Positions 11,202 through 19,735 of a DNA stretch of 64,000 bases are shown piece after piece. The notes under the pieces were generated by a model. It was given only the letters and a program-made list of their open reading frames with translations. It searched no databases and had not been told where the DNA came from. The position numbers and the translations under genes were made by a program. The number at the start of each line of letters is the position of its first letter. The first letter of the stretch is position 1. The stretch is from contig CBDANF010000003.1 of assembly GCA_965197475.1 (NCBI GenBank), positions 384,001 to 448,000 on the forward strand, given 5' to 3'. The stretch is from Candidatus Poribacteria bacterium (GTDB lineage Bacteria; Poribacteria; WGA-4E; WGA-3G).

Positions 11202-11319
11202 TTATAAATTTTATTGACAAGTAAAGTTAAGAATCTAACACCAAAGATTGCGAACTACCCAAAACCGATGCCCAACTATCAAAATATTCGCTTGTCATTA
11301 ATTACTGAGGGGTAAAATC

Positions 11320-12369
11320 ATGTATGAAATTAAGATTATTACTTTAGGCATATTTTTATTAAGTTGTGTGGTACTTCAGACTGCTATGGGTGATATCGTG
11401 ACAAAAACGCAAGTTACTACTTTTTTAGAGGCAAACTCAGAATATCCGCTAGCTGAAGAGATACATCCAAAAGCATTAGATAAACTTGTTGAACTCTATA
11501 GGGGGAGTTCAATTGAGTCTGGAGATATTGCAAGATATGGAAAGTATTTGAGTGGATTTCAAAATCTTAAATCTGTTTTCTATGAGATTGTAGGAATGGT
11601 AAAGCTTTCAGATTCTGCGATATTAGTAGGAGAGTATTTTATTTTATCTTACGGAACTGACCCGTTACAAAAGTACGGCAGGCATTTACACTCATTGGAT
11701 GTAGATCAGAGGTCAAAGATAGACACAATAGTCTGGAATAAGAAATTGACAGGTGCCAATCGTCGTAGCAATGTGAAGAAATACTTGCGAGAGTTACGAT
11801 TATTTAATAACGAATCTGATCTACAGACCTTTGTTGATAATCTTTTTATTGCTTATATTCATTCACATCTTTGGGTTGAGGAAAAGAAGGAGAGGTTAGG
11901 TAACTCTCTGATTACTAGCCACGACTATTTTCGAGGGAACCTTAGATTAACCAATACACTTTCTTTTTTTCCACATGAGAAAACCAAGTTTGTTTCTGCT
12001 TTTAGAGAATTAGAAAACCAGGGGTTTATTGAAATCATGGACGCTCAGGATCCTGCAGCGCGGAATGGTATTCAACATACTCTCGCTAGAATGCCTCTAA
12101 GGAATGGTGAGATCGTAATTATACCTGTTCTTACATTGCTTTCACCCATCAGACATGGTCTGAAAGCAAAGAAGGATCTCCAATTTTTACGCATTATTTA
12201 TCCACATTTCAAAGAAGGTGTCCGTACAAAGAATTGGAAAAATTTCGCAACCAAGATGGAACAACGCGGACATAGAGACCTTATCAATAAAGCGCAGCGA
12301 GTGGCATATATCAGATTTTTGCCCCCATGGCCGATTCCAGTTTCAAACAAAGTTAACCGAGGACATTAA
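11320..12369 (+). CDS. Hypothetical exported protein
   Basis: 349-aa ORF, GAGGGG RBS, signal peptide, AT-rich. Confidence 0.7.
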   Translation: MYEIKIITLGIFLLSCVVLQTAMGDIVTKTQVTTFLEANSEYPLAEEIHPKALDKLVELYRGSSIESGDIARYGKYLSGFQNLKSVFYEIVGMVKLSDSAILVGEYFILSYGTDPLQKYGRHLHSLDVDQRSKIDTIVWNKKLTGANRRSNVKKYLRELRLFNNESDLQTFVDNLFIAYIHSHLWVEEKKERLGNSLITSHDYFRGNLRLTNTLSFFPHEKTKFVSAFRELENQGFIEIMDAQDPAARNGIQHTLARMPLRNGEIVIIPVLTLLSPIRHGLKAKKDLQFLRIIYPHFKEGVRTKNWKNFATKMEQRGHRDLINKAQRVAYIRFLPPWPIPVSNKVNRGH

Positions 12370-12444
12370 TCTGCAAGAGATTTTACTAAGTTTGAACAGT
12401 TTTTAGAATTGTTAGTTGCTTTGGAAATAAGGTAAGAACTTAAC

Positions 12445-14487
12445 ATGCACTACACATCACAACAAAATGATTGGTTAGTCCAACCCTATAGCCAACCCGC
12501 TACAGTAGAAGAAACGGACAATCAGCTTATTCTCGATAATGGACTCATTCAGCGAAGGTTCGTCACCGCACCGAATTTCGCAACAGTCGATTATACCAAT
12601 CTACTTACCGAGAAAAGTCTGCTGCGTGGCATCAAACCAGAGGCAGTCCTGACGATTGACGGACACGAATTTGAGATAGGCGGCTTGAAAGGACAGCCCG
12701 ACTACGCTTATCTTGATGAGGAGTGGATAGCAGACTTGACCAGTGACCAGAACGCGTTTCAATTTCGCGAATATCGTATCGGCAAACCCGAATGTCCCTA
12801 CCCGTGGGTAGACAGACGTTCTACGACATCATCAGTCCATCCGCCAGAGGGTGTGACACTGACGGTTGCGTTTTCACCGCCGCCATCCGTTGACTCCCTT
12901 CAGGTTTGTGTGCATTATGAACTATACCAAGGCATCCCGGTACTATCCAAGTGGGTCACTATTCGCAATGAGGGTCAAAAACCGATTCAGCTTGATGCCT
13001 TAAGCTGTGAAATCCTTGCGGTCAACGAGCAGGAAAAACATCGGCTACATGTTGAGAGTGATTATGCCTTCAGTGGAATGCAAACGACACAGTGGGGTCC
13101 AGATGAGGATTACAAGACGCAAGTCGATTATCGCTATCAGATGCCACTGTTGATGACAAGTAGTTATCCACTCGGTCCAGGGATACCGCTTCAACCGGGA
13201 GAGACTTTCAAGAGTTTTCGCACCTTTGAAATACTGCATGATAGTGATGTGCGTGAACGAAAGGGACTTGCACGCCGCAAGATGTATCGCACGGTCGCGC
13301 CACAGGTCACTGAGAATCCAATTTTTATGCATGTTCGGAGTGCCGATCCGGACGCGGTCTGTTTGGCGATTGATCAGTGTGAAGAAGTCGGTTTTGAAAT
13401 GGTGATTATGACCTTTGGCAGTGGATTCAATATTGAGAGCGAAGACCCGGAATACATCACCAAAATGAAGGGATTGGCAGATTATGCACATAGTAAAGGT
13501 ATTCGGATTGGTGGGTATACGCTGATGTGTGCTTCACGGGGTGTGGGAGAAGAGTTCAACTGTATTGACCCAGACACAGGAAAACCCGGTAGCAAGTTTG
13601 GACAGAGTGCTTGTCTTGCGAGCAAATGGGGAGATGGTTATGTCCAGCGAGTCCTGAATTTCATGGATGCAACCGGAATGGATATTATTGAGACTGATGG
13701 TCCTTATCATGGTGATGTCTGTGCTTCAACGACGCACGAGCACCATAGCAGCTTGGCAGATTCGCAGTTGCGTCAGTGGGAAGCGTGCGTGCATTTTTAC
13801 CACGAATGCCGAGCACGCGGTATCCATATCAATTCACCAGATTGGTATTACCTCAACGGTTCAAACAAATGCGGTATGGGCTATCGCGAAACGAATTTCA
13901 GTTTGCCCCGCGAACGGCAAATTCTAATTTCCCGACAGAATATCTACGATGGAACTTATGAAAAGACACCGAGTATGGGTTGGATGTTTGTACCGTTGGT
14001 AGAATATCACGGTGGCGGACAAGCCGCAACTTATGAGCCGCTTTGCGACCACCTTGATGACTACGAATCACATTTAGCACAGAACTTCGGCAGTGGTGTG
14101 ATTGCGTGCTATCGCGGTCCCCGGCTTTTTGATACTGAACAGACGAAAGCTGTCGTTAAGAAATGGGTTGACTTCTACAAAAAGTATCGCCAAATATTGG
14201 ATTCTGACCTGATTCATGTGCTACGCCCAGATGGACGTTCTATTGATTGTGTGCTCCACGCAAACGCCCAAATCAAACCATGTGGATTAGCAATGCTCTA
14301 TAATCCTACACGGACGGAGCAACAGATCACTTTGAAATTACCGCTCTATTATACTGGATTGTCTGAAACTGCCAAGATTCGTGAAAAAGAAAAAGAACCC
14401 AAACTGTTCAAAATCGACAGGAATTACAACGTTGAGATTCCAATTAAGATGGAGGCGAAAAGCATTAGCTATCTCGTTATTGAATAA
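12445..14487 (+). CDS. Alpha-galactosidase-like (GH36/clan D-like) glycoside hydrolase
   Basis: LILDNGLIQR, VHYELYQGIP, IMTFGSGF, ETDGPYHGD motifs. Confidence 0.65.
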   Translation: MHYTSQQNDWLVQPYSQPATVEETDNQLILDNGLIQRRFVTAPNFATVDYTNLLTEKSLLRGIKPEAVLTIDGHEFEIGGLKGQPDYAYLDEEWIADLTSDQNAFQFREYRIGKPECPYPWVDRRSTTSSVHPPEGVTLTVAFSPPPSVDSLQVCVHYELYQGIPVLSKWVTIRNEGQKPIQLDALSCEILAVNEQEKHRLHVESDYAFSGMQTTQWGPDEDYKTQVDYRYQMPLLMTSSYPLGPGIPLQPGETFKSFRTFEILHDSDVRERKGLARRKMYRTVAPQVTENPIFMHVRSADPDAVCLAIDQCEEVGFEMVIMTFGSGFNIESEDPEYITKMKGLADYAHSKGIRIGGYTLMCASRGVGEEFNCIDPDTGKPGSKFGQSACLASKWGDGYVQRVLNFMDATGMDIIETDGPYHGDVCASTTHEHHSSLADSQLRQWEACVHFYHECRARGIHINSPDWYYLNGSNKCGMGYRETNFSLPRERQILISRQNIYDGTYEKTPSMGWMFVPLVEYHGGGQAATYEPLCDHLDDYESHLAQNFGSGVIACYRGPRLFDTEQTKAVVKKWVDFYKKYRQILDSDLIHVLRPDGRSIDCVLHANAQIKPCGLAMLYNPTRTEQQITLKLPLYYTGLSETAKIREKEKEPKLFKIDRNYNVEIPIKMEAKSISYLVIE

Positions 14488-14491
14488 GGAA

Positions 14492-14591
14492 TAGGACTTA
14501 CGCAGCTGGTTCATAAGTCCCCTTGATAAGGGGATTTAGGGGTTAAAAATCAAAAAACCTCACACTACGTGCTAAATTTGCGTAAGTCCTG
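14492..14591. mobile_element. MITE with AGGACTTACGCA...TGCGTAAGTCCT terminal inverted repeats (copy 1)
   Basis: 12-bp perfect TIR; flanks AGGAA/AAGAA (near 5-bp TSD); internal CCCCTTGATAAGGG hairpin; second copy at 38893. Confidence 0.8.
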
Positions 14592-14597
14592 AAGAAT

Positions 14598-15470
14598 ATG
14601 AGCATACTCGTAAACAAAAACACAAAAGTAATTGTTCAAGGTATAACAGGACGTTCTGGACGTTTTCACACAGAACATTGTGCGGATTACGGTACGCAAA
14701 TTGTTGCCGGTGCAGTTCCCGGTAGAGGCGGAACTGATGTGAACGGCATCCCTGTATTTGACACCGTGGCAGAGGGAGTTGCTGAGACAGGAGCAGATAC
14801 CTCTCTTATTTTCGTTCCTGCACGCTTCAACGCCGCCGACTCAATTATGGAAGCCGCTGATGCTGGTATTGAACTGATCATCTGCATTTCAGAACATATC
14901 CCTGTCCTTGATATGGTAAAGGCGAAAGCGTTCCTTCATGGCAAACAGACACGCTTAATCGGTCCGAACTGTCCGGGTATCATTACCCCCGGCGAATGTA
15001 AAATCGGAGTAATGCCTGCGTTTGCCTATTCTCCCGGTAATGTCGGTATCGTCTCACGAAGTGGTACGCTAACCTATGAAGCCGCGTATCAATTGAAGCA
15101 ACTCGGCATTGGACAATCCACCTGCGTAGGTATCGGTGGCGACCCAGTAATCGGGACAAGCTTCGTTGATGTTCTCAAACTGTTTGAGGAAGATAATGAA
15201 ACGCATGCAGTTGTCTTAATCGGAGAAATCGGTGGCACAGCTGAGGAAAAAGCTGCACAGTTCGTTAAGAACGAAATGACGAAACCCGTGGTCGGTTTTA
15301 TCGCCGGACAGACTGCGCCACCGGGCAAACGGATGGGACATGCAGGTGCAATTATCTCAGGTGGACAAGGCACAGCTGCAGATAAAATTAAATCACTCAA
15401 AGACGCTGGAATTGCTGTAGCAGACGACCTTACGACCATCGGAGAAACCGTGGCAGAGATCTTGGCTTAA
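14598..15470 (+). CDS. sucD: Succinyl-CoA synthetase alpha subunit
   Basis: [33 protein letters not shown]. Confidence 0.97.
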   Translation: MSILVNKNTKVIVQGITGRSGRFHTEHCADYGTQIVAGAVPGRGGTDVNGIPVFDTVAEGVAETGADTSLIFVPARFNAADSIMEAADAGIELIICISEHIPVLDMVKAKAFLHGKQTRLIGPNCPGIITPGECKIGVMPAFAYSPGNVGIVSRSGTLTYEAAYQLKQLGIGQSTCVGIGGDPVIGTSFVDVLKLFEEDNETHAVVLIGEIGGTAEEKAAQFVKNEMTKPVVGFIAGQTAPPGKRMGHAGAIISGGQGTAADKIKSLKDAGIAVADDLTTIGETVAEILA

Positions 15471-15497
15471 GCCGGATTTTTCATCTGGATTTAAACT

Positions 15498-16325
15498 ATG
15501 AAAAAAGACATCGTCTACCTCCACACTAAAAAACAGCAGCAACCCATCACCGTGCTGACATGCTACGATTACCCCACCGCTTGCATGCAGGACGAAGCAG
15601 GTATTGACATCGTGTTTGTTGGGGATAGTGTCGGCACAAATATTCTCGGCTATAAAAGCGAAATGGAAGTAACGATGGCAGATATGCTACATCACCTCAA
15701 GGCAGTCCGCCGCGGTGTAACAAATGCCTATCTCCTCGTTGATATGCCCTATGCCGCTGATCGGAATTTGAAGCAAGCCATTGCGAATGCAAATCTCTTT
15801 TTAGATGCTGGGGCTGATGGTGTTAAATTGGAAGGCGGAACAGAAAAAGTCCCCATTGTTACTGCACTTACTGAGCAGAGAATAGAGGTCTGTGCACACA
15901 TCGGACATAACCCACAAATTCACGGCACCAAAGCGGCGACGCACGGAAAAACATTCGCTAAAGCGAAGGAACTCATTGAAACAGCGTCAGCACTTGCAGA
16001 TGCGGGCGCAAAACTCATCGTTCTTGAGAAAATCACCGAAGAGGTAAGCCAAATCATAACGGATACGCTTGCCATTCCTACCATCGGCATCGGGGCAGGT
16101 AGGTTTTGCGATGGACAGGTGCTCGTTATCAACGATGTTTTAGGAATAGGCACCCCTTTCAAACACGCCAAACGTTATCAGGATTACAACCAACTTACCT
16201 TTGAAGCAATATCGCAATATAAACAAGAGGTAGAAAACGGCAGTTTTCCAACAGATGCCAACGTTGCCCACATCGCCGCTGATAAGTTGATACGCGTGCA
16301 GAAGTGGTTGGAGTCAGAACGTTAA
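15498..16325 (+). CDS. panB: 3-methyl-2-oxobutanoate hydroxymethyltransferase
   Basis: LTCYDY, VGDSVG, VKLEGG, PTIGIGAG..CDGQVLV. Confidence 0.92.
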   Translation: MKKDIVYLHTKKQQQPITVLTCYDYPTACMQDEAGIDIVFVGDSVGTNILGYKSEMEVTMADMLHHLKAVRRGVTNAYLLVDMPYAADRNLKQAIANANLFLDAGADGVKLEGGTEKVPIVTALTEQRIEVCAHIGHNPQIHGTKAATHGKTFAKAKELIETASALADAGAKLIVLEKITEEVSQIITDTLAIPTIGIGAGRFCDGQVLVINDVLGIGTPFKHAKRYQDYNQLTFEAISQYKQEVENGSFPTDANVAHIAADKLIRVQKWLESER

Positions 16326-19282
16326 TGTCCCTCTGCTTTTTCTCCTACATTGATACCTTTGAGGACTTCATCCCAATCCCACAAAAGAATTGTGCCGTCT
16401 TGTCCCGTACTCACAAGCGTTTTGCCATCGGGTGAGAACACCAACGTTTGCACTGGTGCTGTGTGTCCATCAAGTGTAGTGAGTTTGTCTCCTGTTTCCA
16501 TGTCCCATAACTCAATTCTATGATTATTAAGTCCAGCAACAAGGATGCGATTGTCTGGTGAAAACACAAACACTTCAACACCAAACGTTTTGGCACCCTG
16601 GGACACTTCCTTAAAAGCGATCTGTTCCTTAATCTCAATCAAACGGATTTGTTTATGAGTTGCGATAGCAAGCAAATTGCCATTTAGCGAGAATGCCAGT
16701 GTTTGAATAGATTCCTGATAATGGATGCCACTATTAGCTTTGCCTCTTAATACCGGTTCCTCTCCCGTAAAGAGAAGTGCTAACGGAACTCCAGTTTTCG
16801 CATCCCACATCTGCACTTTTCCGTCCATGGTTCCACTGACAAGTTTTTTGCCGTCTGGCGAAAAAACTAAAGCCCTGATTTTAGACTTAAACTTGCGATT
16901 ATTGTTCTGATATGAGAGGGATATTTTAGGGAGAGATATATCAGAAGTCTCACCTGTCTCTGTATTCCATAGACGAATCTTACCAGAAGCACCGAATGCC
17001 ACCGTTTTTCCATCAGGTGAAAAAGTCACGGATGAAAAAAATCCTTTTTTCGCAGCCAAAGTCTGCAATTCACGTCCCGTCCTAACATCACTCAGACGAA
17101 CCAGCGGCTCAGCCCACCTTATAGGGGCATGTGGAAAGGCTCTATTACCTTTTACACGAAAACTGACGAGCTTTGTCCCATCAGGCGAAAACGCTGAAAC
17201 CGATAAAAGTTGATATGTTTCTGGGTAGAAATCGGTTTTTTGTAATGCATTCGAACCTGTTTTTTGTGATGTTTTCACATCCCAAAGGCTAATTACCTCA
17301 TCATAAGCGATACTCGCAAGCGTGGTGTTATCTTTAAAGAAAGTTGCTGCTTCCACCTCCATTGTGTGTCCGGTGATGCGTGTGGGTAATAGATCCCCAT
17401 TTTTGATATTCCAAAATCGGACTGTGCCCATTGTAGTTCCACCGGCAAGTGTGCGATTATCTGGTGAAAACGTTAAAGCATTGATGCCGCCGGTATGACC
17501 TGTGAAAGTGGTGATAGACTCACCAGTGGCGATATCCCACAATTGCACTGTCTTATCTCTCCCTCCGCTTGCCAGCATTTTTCCATCCGATGAGAATGCT
17601 AACGCGTCGACCCACCTCGTGTGTTTGTCAAGGAGAATAGATTCCTTGCTGTTGATATCCCATAATTGTAATGGGACTATTTCATTATTATTTTTACCTG
17701 CACTCGCGAGACGGGTGCCATCAGGTGAAAATTCCAAGGCTAAAAGAGATATGTTTCCCTTGAGTGTAAACAGTATTTTTCTGGTTGTTGTGTCCCACAA
17801 CTCAATCCTGGTTCCTACGCCAATTGCAAATTTATCATGTGTGAGCGCATAGCATCCAGGATCATCGAACGTCCCTGTCTGTTCTTCAATACGCTTCCAC
17901 ATTCCTTTGCCGGTTTCAACATCCAGCAGGCTGAATGTGTCTCCCTCGTCACCCAAAGCAAAAAGTGTTTTGCCATCTGCAGAGAACCGCAATACTGAGG
18001 CATGCGGAAAAAAACGAGTGAGTTGCATTTTCTGACCGGTAGCTACTTCCCACAACTGGAGTCCCACTGCGTACAACCGGGGTCCCTTTCTGCGATAACT
18101 GCCAATACTGCCTGCAAGGAAGCGTCCGTCTGGAGAAAATGCGATGGATTCGTACTTACCGGGAAACATGGATACTTCTTTACCCGTTTTCGCATCATAA
18201 AGCCACAAACCGATATCGCTGCCTACTGCAAGCAGCTTCCCATTCGGTGAGAATTGTAGCACATTAATCCCGCCTTTTCCCAAGCGTGCCTTTGCCTCTT
18301 TTGGCAATTCCCATTTTGTCCAATCTTTCACAATTTCATCTCCTTGTGCCTCTGTAATTGCTTCAGGAGCATCATTAGGTTGCTGTTCTGGGTTATTAAG
18401 CTTACCCAGTGCACTCACGTTTCCTATTTGCATTCGTACATCTGGTTTAGATTCCAAATTCACGACTATAGGTGCATCAATAATATCAATCGTCATCTCC
18501 GAGTTAGCATCAAAATTATAGGGATCCTGAAAACGAGTCAAGTATTTGCTATTTCCAAAACCGAGCATGAGCAACACCACTGCTAATGTAGAAGCAGCAA
18601 TCGCCCACGGCACTAACGGTCTACTGCCAGATGGCGCGTCAGGTTTGATACGTGCAATCTCACGCATAATAGTATCAGTGAGATTCGGGGAAATTTGGAA
18701 ATTGTCTAATGCCTCTCTTATCATTGGTTCCTCCTTTTTCAAACGCTGCTGTGCGCGACGAAGCCGACTCTTAACCGTATTTGCAGATACACCTAAAAAC
18801 GTACCTATCTCTGTGCACGACATCTCTCCGAAGTAATGGAGTGTCATAACAGTGCGTTCACTCTCCTCAAGCTTCGCAAGCAGTTTTTTGACGACATCGC
18901 GTTGTGCTTGTCCAGATATGCGCTTGTTTTCTTCAACGACAAATTCGGAGTACGCGGCTTTTTCTAATTGCTCCTTGTCTGCCTGCTCCAGATGCTCCAA
19001 CGACTGTGTCCACAAACGCTTTTTACGCAGCCAGGAGCTGCAGCGGTTCGCTGCAATCACATAAAGCCAACCCACGAAACGCTGAGGTTCCTTCAGGGTT
19101 GTCAATCGCTTGTATGCTTTCAGGAATGTATCCTGCGTAATCTCTTCAGCGATATGAAAATCTCCGATTTTCCGCCACGCAAGCGCGTGAACCTGTTTTT
19201 GATACTTTTCCACAAGCTCCGCGAAAGCGGTATCATCACCTGAGAGAACGCGTTGAATAAGCTTAACATCGTCGTTTTTCAT
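16322..19282 (-). CDS. ECF sigma factor fused via a TM helix to WD40 repeats (copy 1)
   Basis: Sigma region 2 (AEEITQDTFLKAY...WLYVIA.NRC), region 4 (VSANTVKSRLRRA), TM PWAIAASTLAVVLLMLG, many FSPDG/GH..WD repeats; GGAGG RBS. Confidence 0.9.
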   Translation of the reverse strand: MKNDDVKLIQRVLSGDDTAFAELVEKYQKQVHALAWRKIGDFHIAEEITQDTFLKAYKRLTTLKEPQRFVGWLYVIAANRCSSWLRKKRLWTQSLEHLEQADKEQLEKAAYSEFVVEENKRISGQAQRDVVKKLLAKLEESERTVMTLHYFGEMSCTEIGTFLGVSANTVKSRLRRAQQRLKKEEPMIREALDNFQISPNLTDTIMREIARIKPDAPSGSRPLVPWAIAASTLAVVLLMLGFGNSKYLTRFQDPYNFDANSEMTIDIIDAPIVVNLESKPDVRMQIGNVSALGKLNNPEQQPNDAPEAITEAQGDEIVKDWTKWELPKEAKARLGKGGINVLQFSPNGKLLAVGSDIGLWLYDAKTGKEVSMFPGKYESIAFSPDGRFLAGSIGSYRRKGPRLYAVGLQLWEVATGQKMQLTRFFPHASVLRFSADGKTLFALGDEGDTFSLLDVETGKGMWKRIEEQTGTFDDPGCYALTHDKFAIGVGTRIELWDTTTRKILFTLKGNISLLALEFSPDGTRLASAGKNNNEIVPLQLWDINSKESILLDKHTRWVDALAFSSDGKMLASGGRDKTVQLWDIATGESITTFTGHTGGINALTFSPDNRTLAGGTTMGTVRFWNIKNGDLLPTRITGHTMEVEAATFFKDNTTLASIAYDEVISLWDVKTSQKTGSNALQKTDFYPETYQLLSVSAFSPDGTKLVSFRVKGNRAFPHAPIRWAEPLVRLSDVRTGRELQTLAAKKGFFSSVTFSPDGKTVAFGASGKIRLWNTETGETSDISLPKISLSYQNNNRKFKSKIRALVFSPDGKKLVSGTMDGKVQMWDAKTGVPLALLFTGEEPVLRGKANSGIHYQESIQTLAFSLNGNLLAIATHKQIRLIEIKEQIAFKEVSQGAKTFGVEVFVFSPDNRILVAGLNNHRIELWDMETGDKLTTLDGHTAPVQTLVFSPDGKTLVSTGQDGTILLWDWDEVLKGINVGEKAEGH

Positions 19283-19332
19283 TTGTGCACCTCCGGAAGA
19301 AATGGTTGCATCACACTCTGGGCTTATAAATT

Positions 19333-19363
19333 GTGACGCTACTTTGGAGTGCAATGGGTGCAT
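19333..19363 (-). promoter_or_regulatory. Putative ECF autoregulatory promoter ATGCACCC-N16-GCGTCAC (copy 1)
   Basis: Both boxes are conserved upstream of all three ECF genes while the spacer sequence differs. Confidence 0.65.
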
Positions 19364-19561
19364 AATTCTGCAAATATAGAAGTGTGTTTAGATAAGAGAG
19401 TAAGAGATTTATTTTACAGATATGAAATCTAAGAGAAATTATAGCGGACTCTATCAAAATATCGTCCGTTAACTGATTATAATTCCTCTGTTAGTAGAAT
19501 TATACCATAAATCTGGTTTCTGGGAGGGATTTTCTAAAAAAATAGATTTCTTGGAAAGTTC
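19354..19561. repeat. Conserved ~200-bp non-coding region upstream of ECF copy 1, duplicated at 25895..26102
   Basis: Near-identical sequence, e.g. gtgtgtttagataagagagtaagagatttattttac and tagcggactctatcaaaa. Confidence 0.85.
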
Positions 19562-19735
19562 GATCCGGATTTACGTAAAGTTTGGTTACACGTTATCCTT
19601 TTGAGATGCATAGCGCGCAAGGTGACATGACAAATTGTGCAAGCCTATTTCTTACACTGCCAGTTTTTATGTGAGGTAACAATATTCAAATGTTTAAACG
19701 GTGGGTCTTCTAACTGCCTAAATACCTTTATTCTC

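Noticed and set aside
8668-12369. Integron cassette array
   Set aside because: No intI gene and no recurring attC core/inverse-core structure in the spacers.
16322-16325. Overlapping stop codons of convergent panB and ECF copy 1
   Set aside because: A 4-bp TTAA overlap is common and uninformative.
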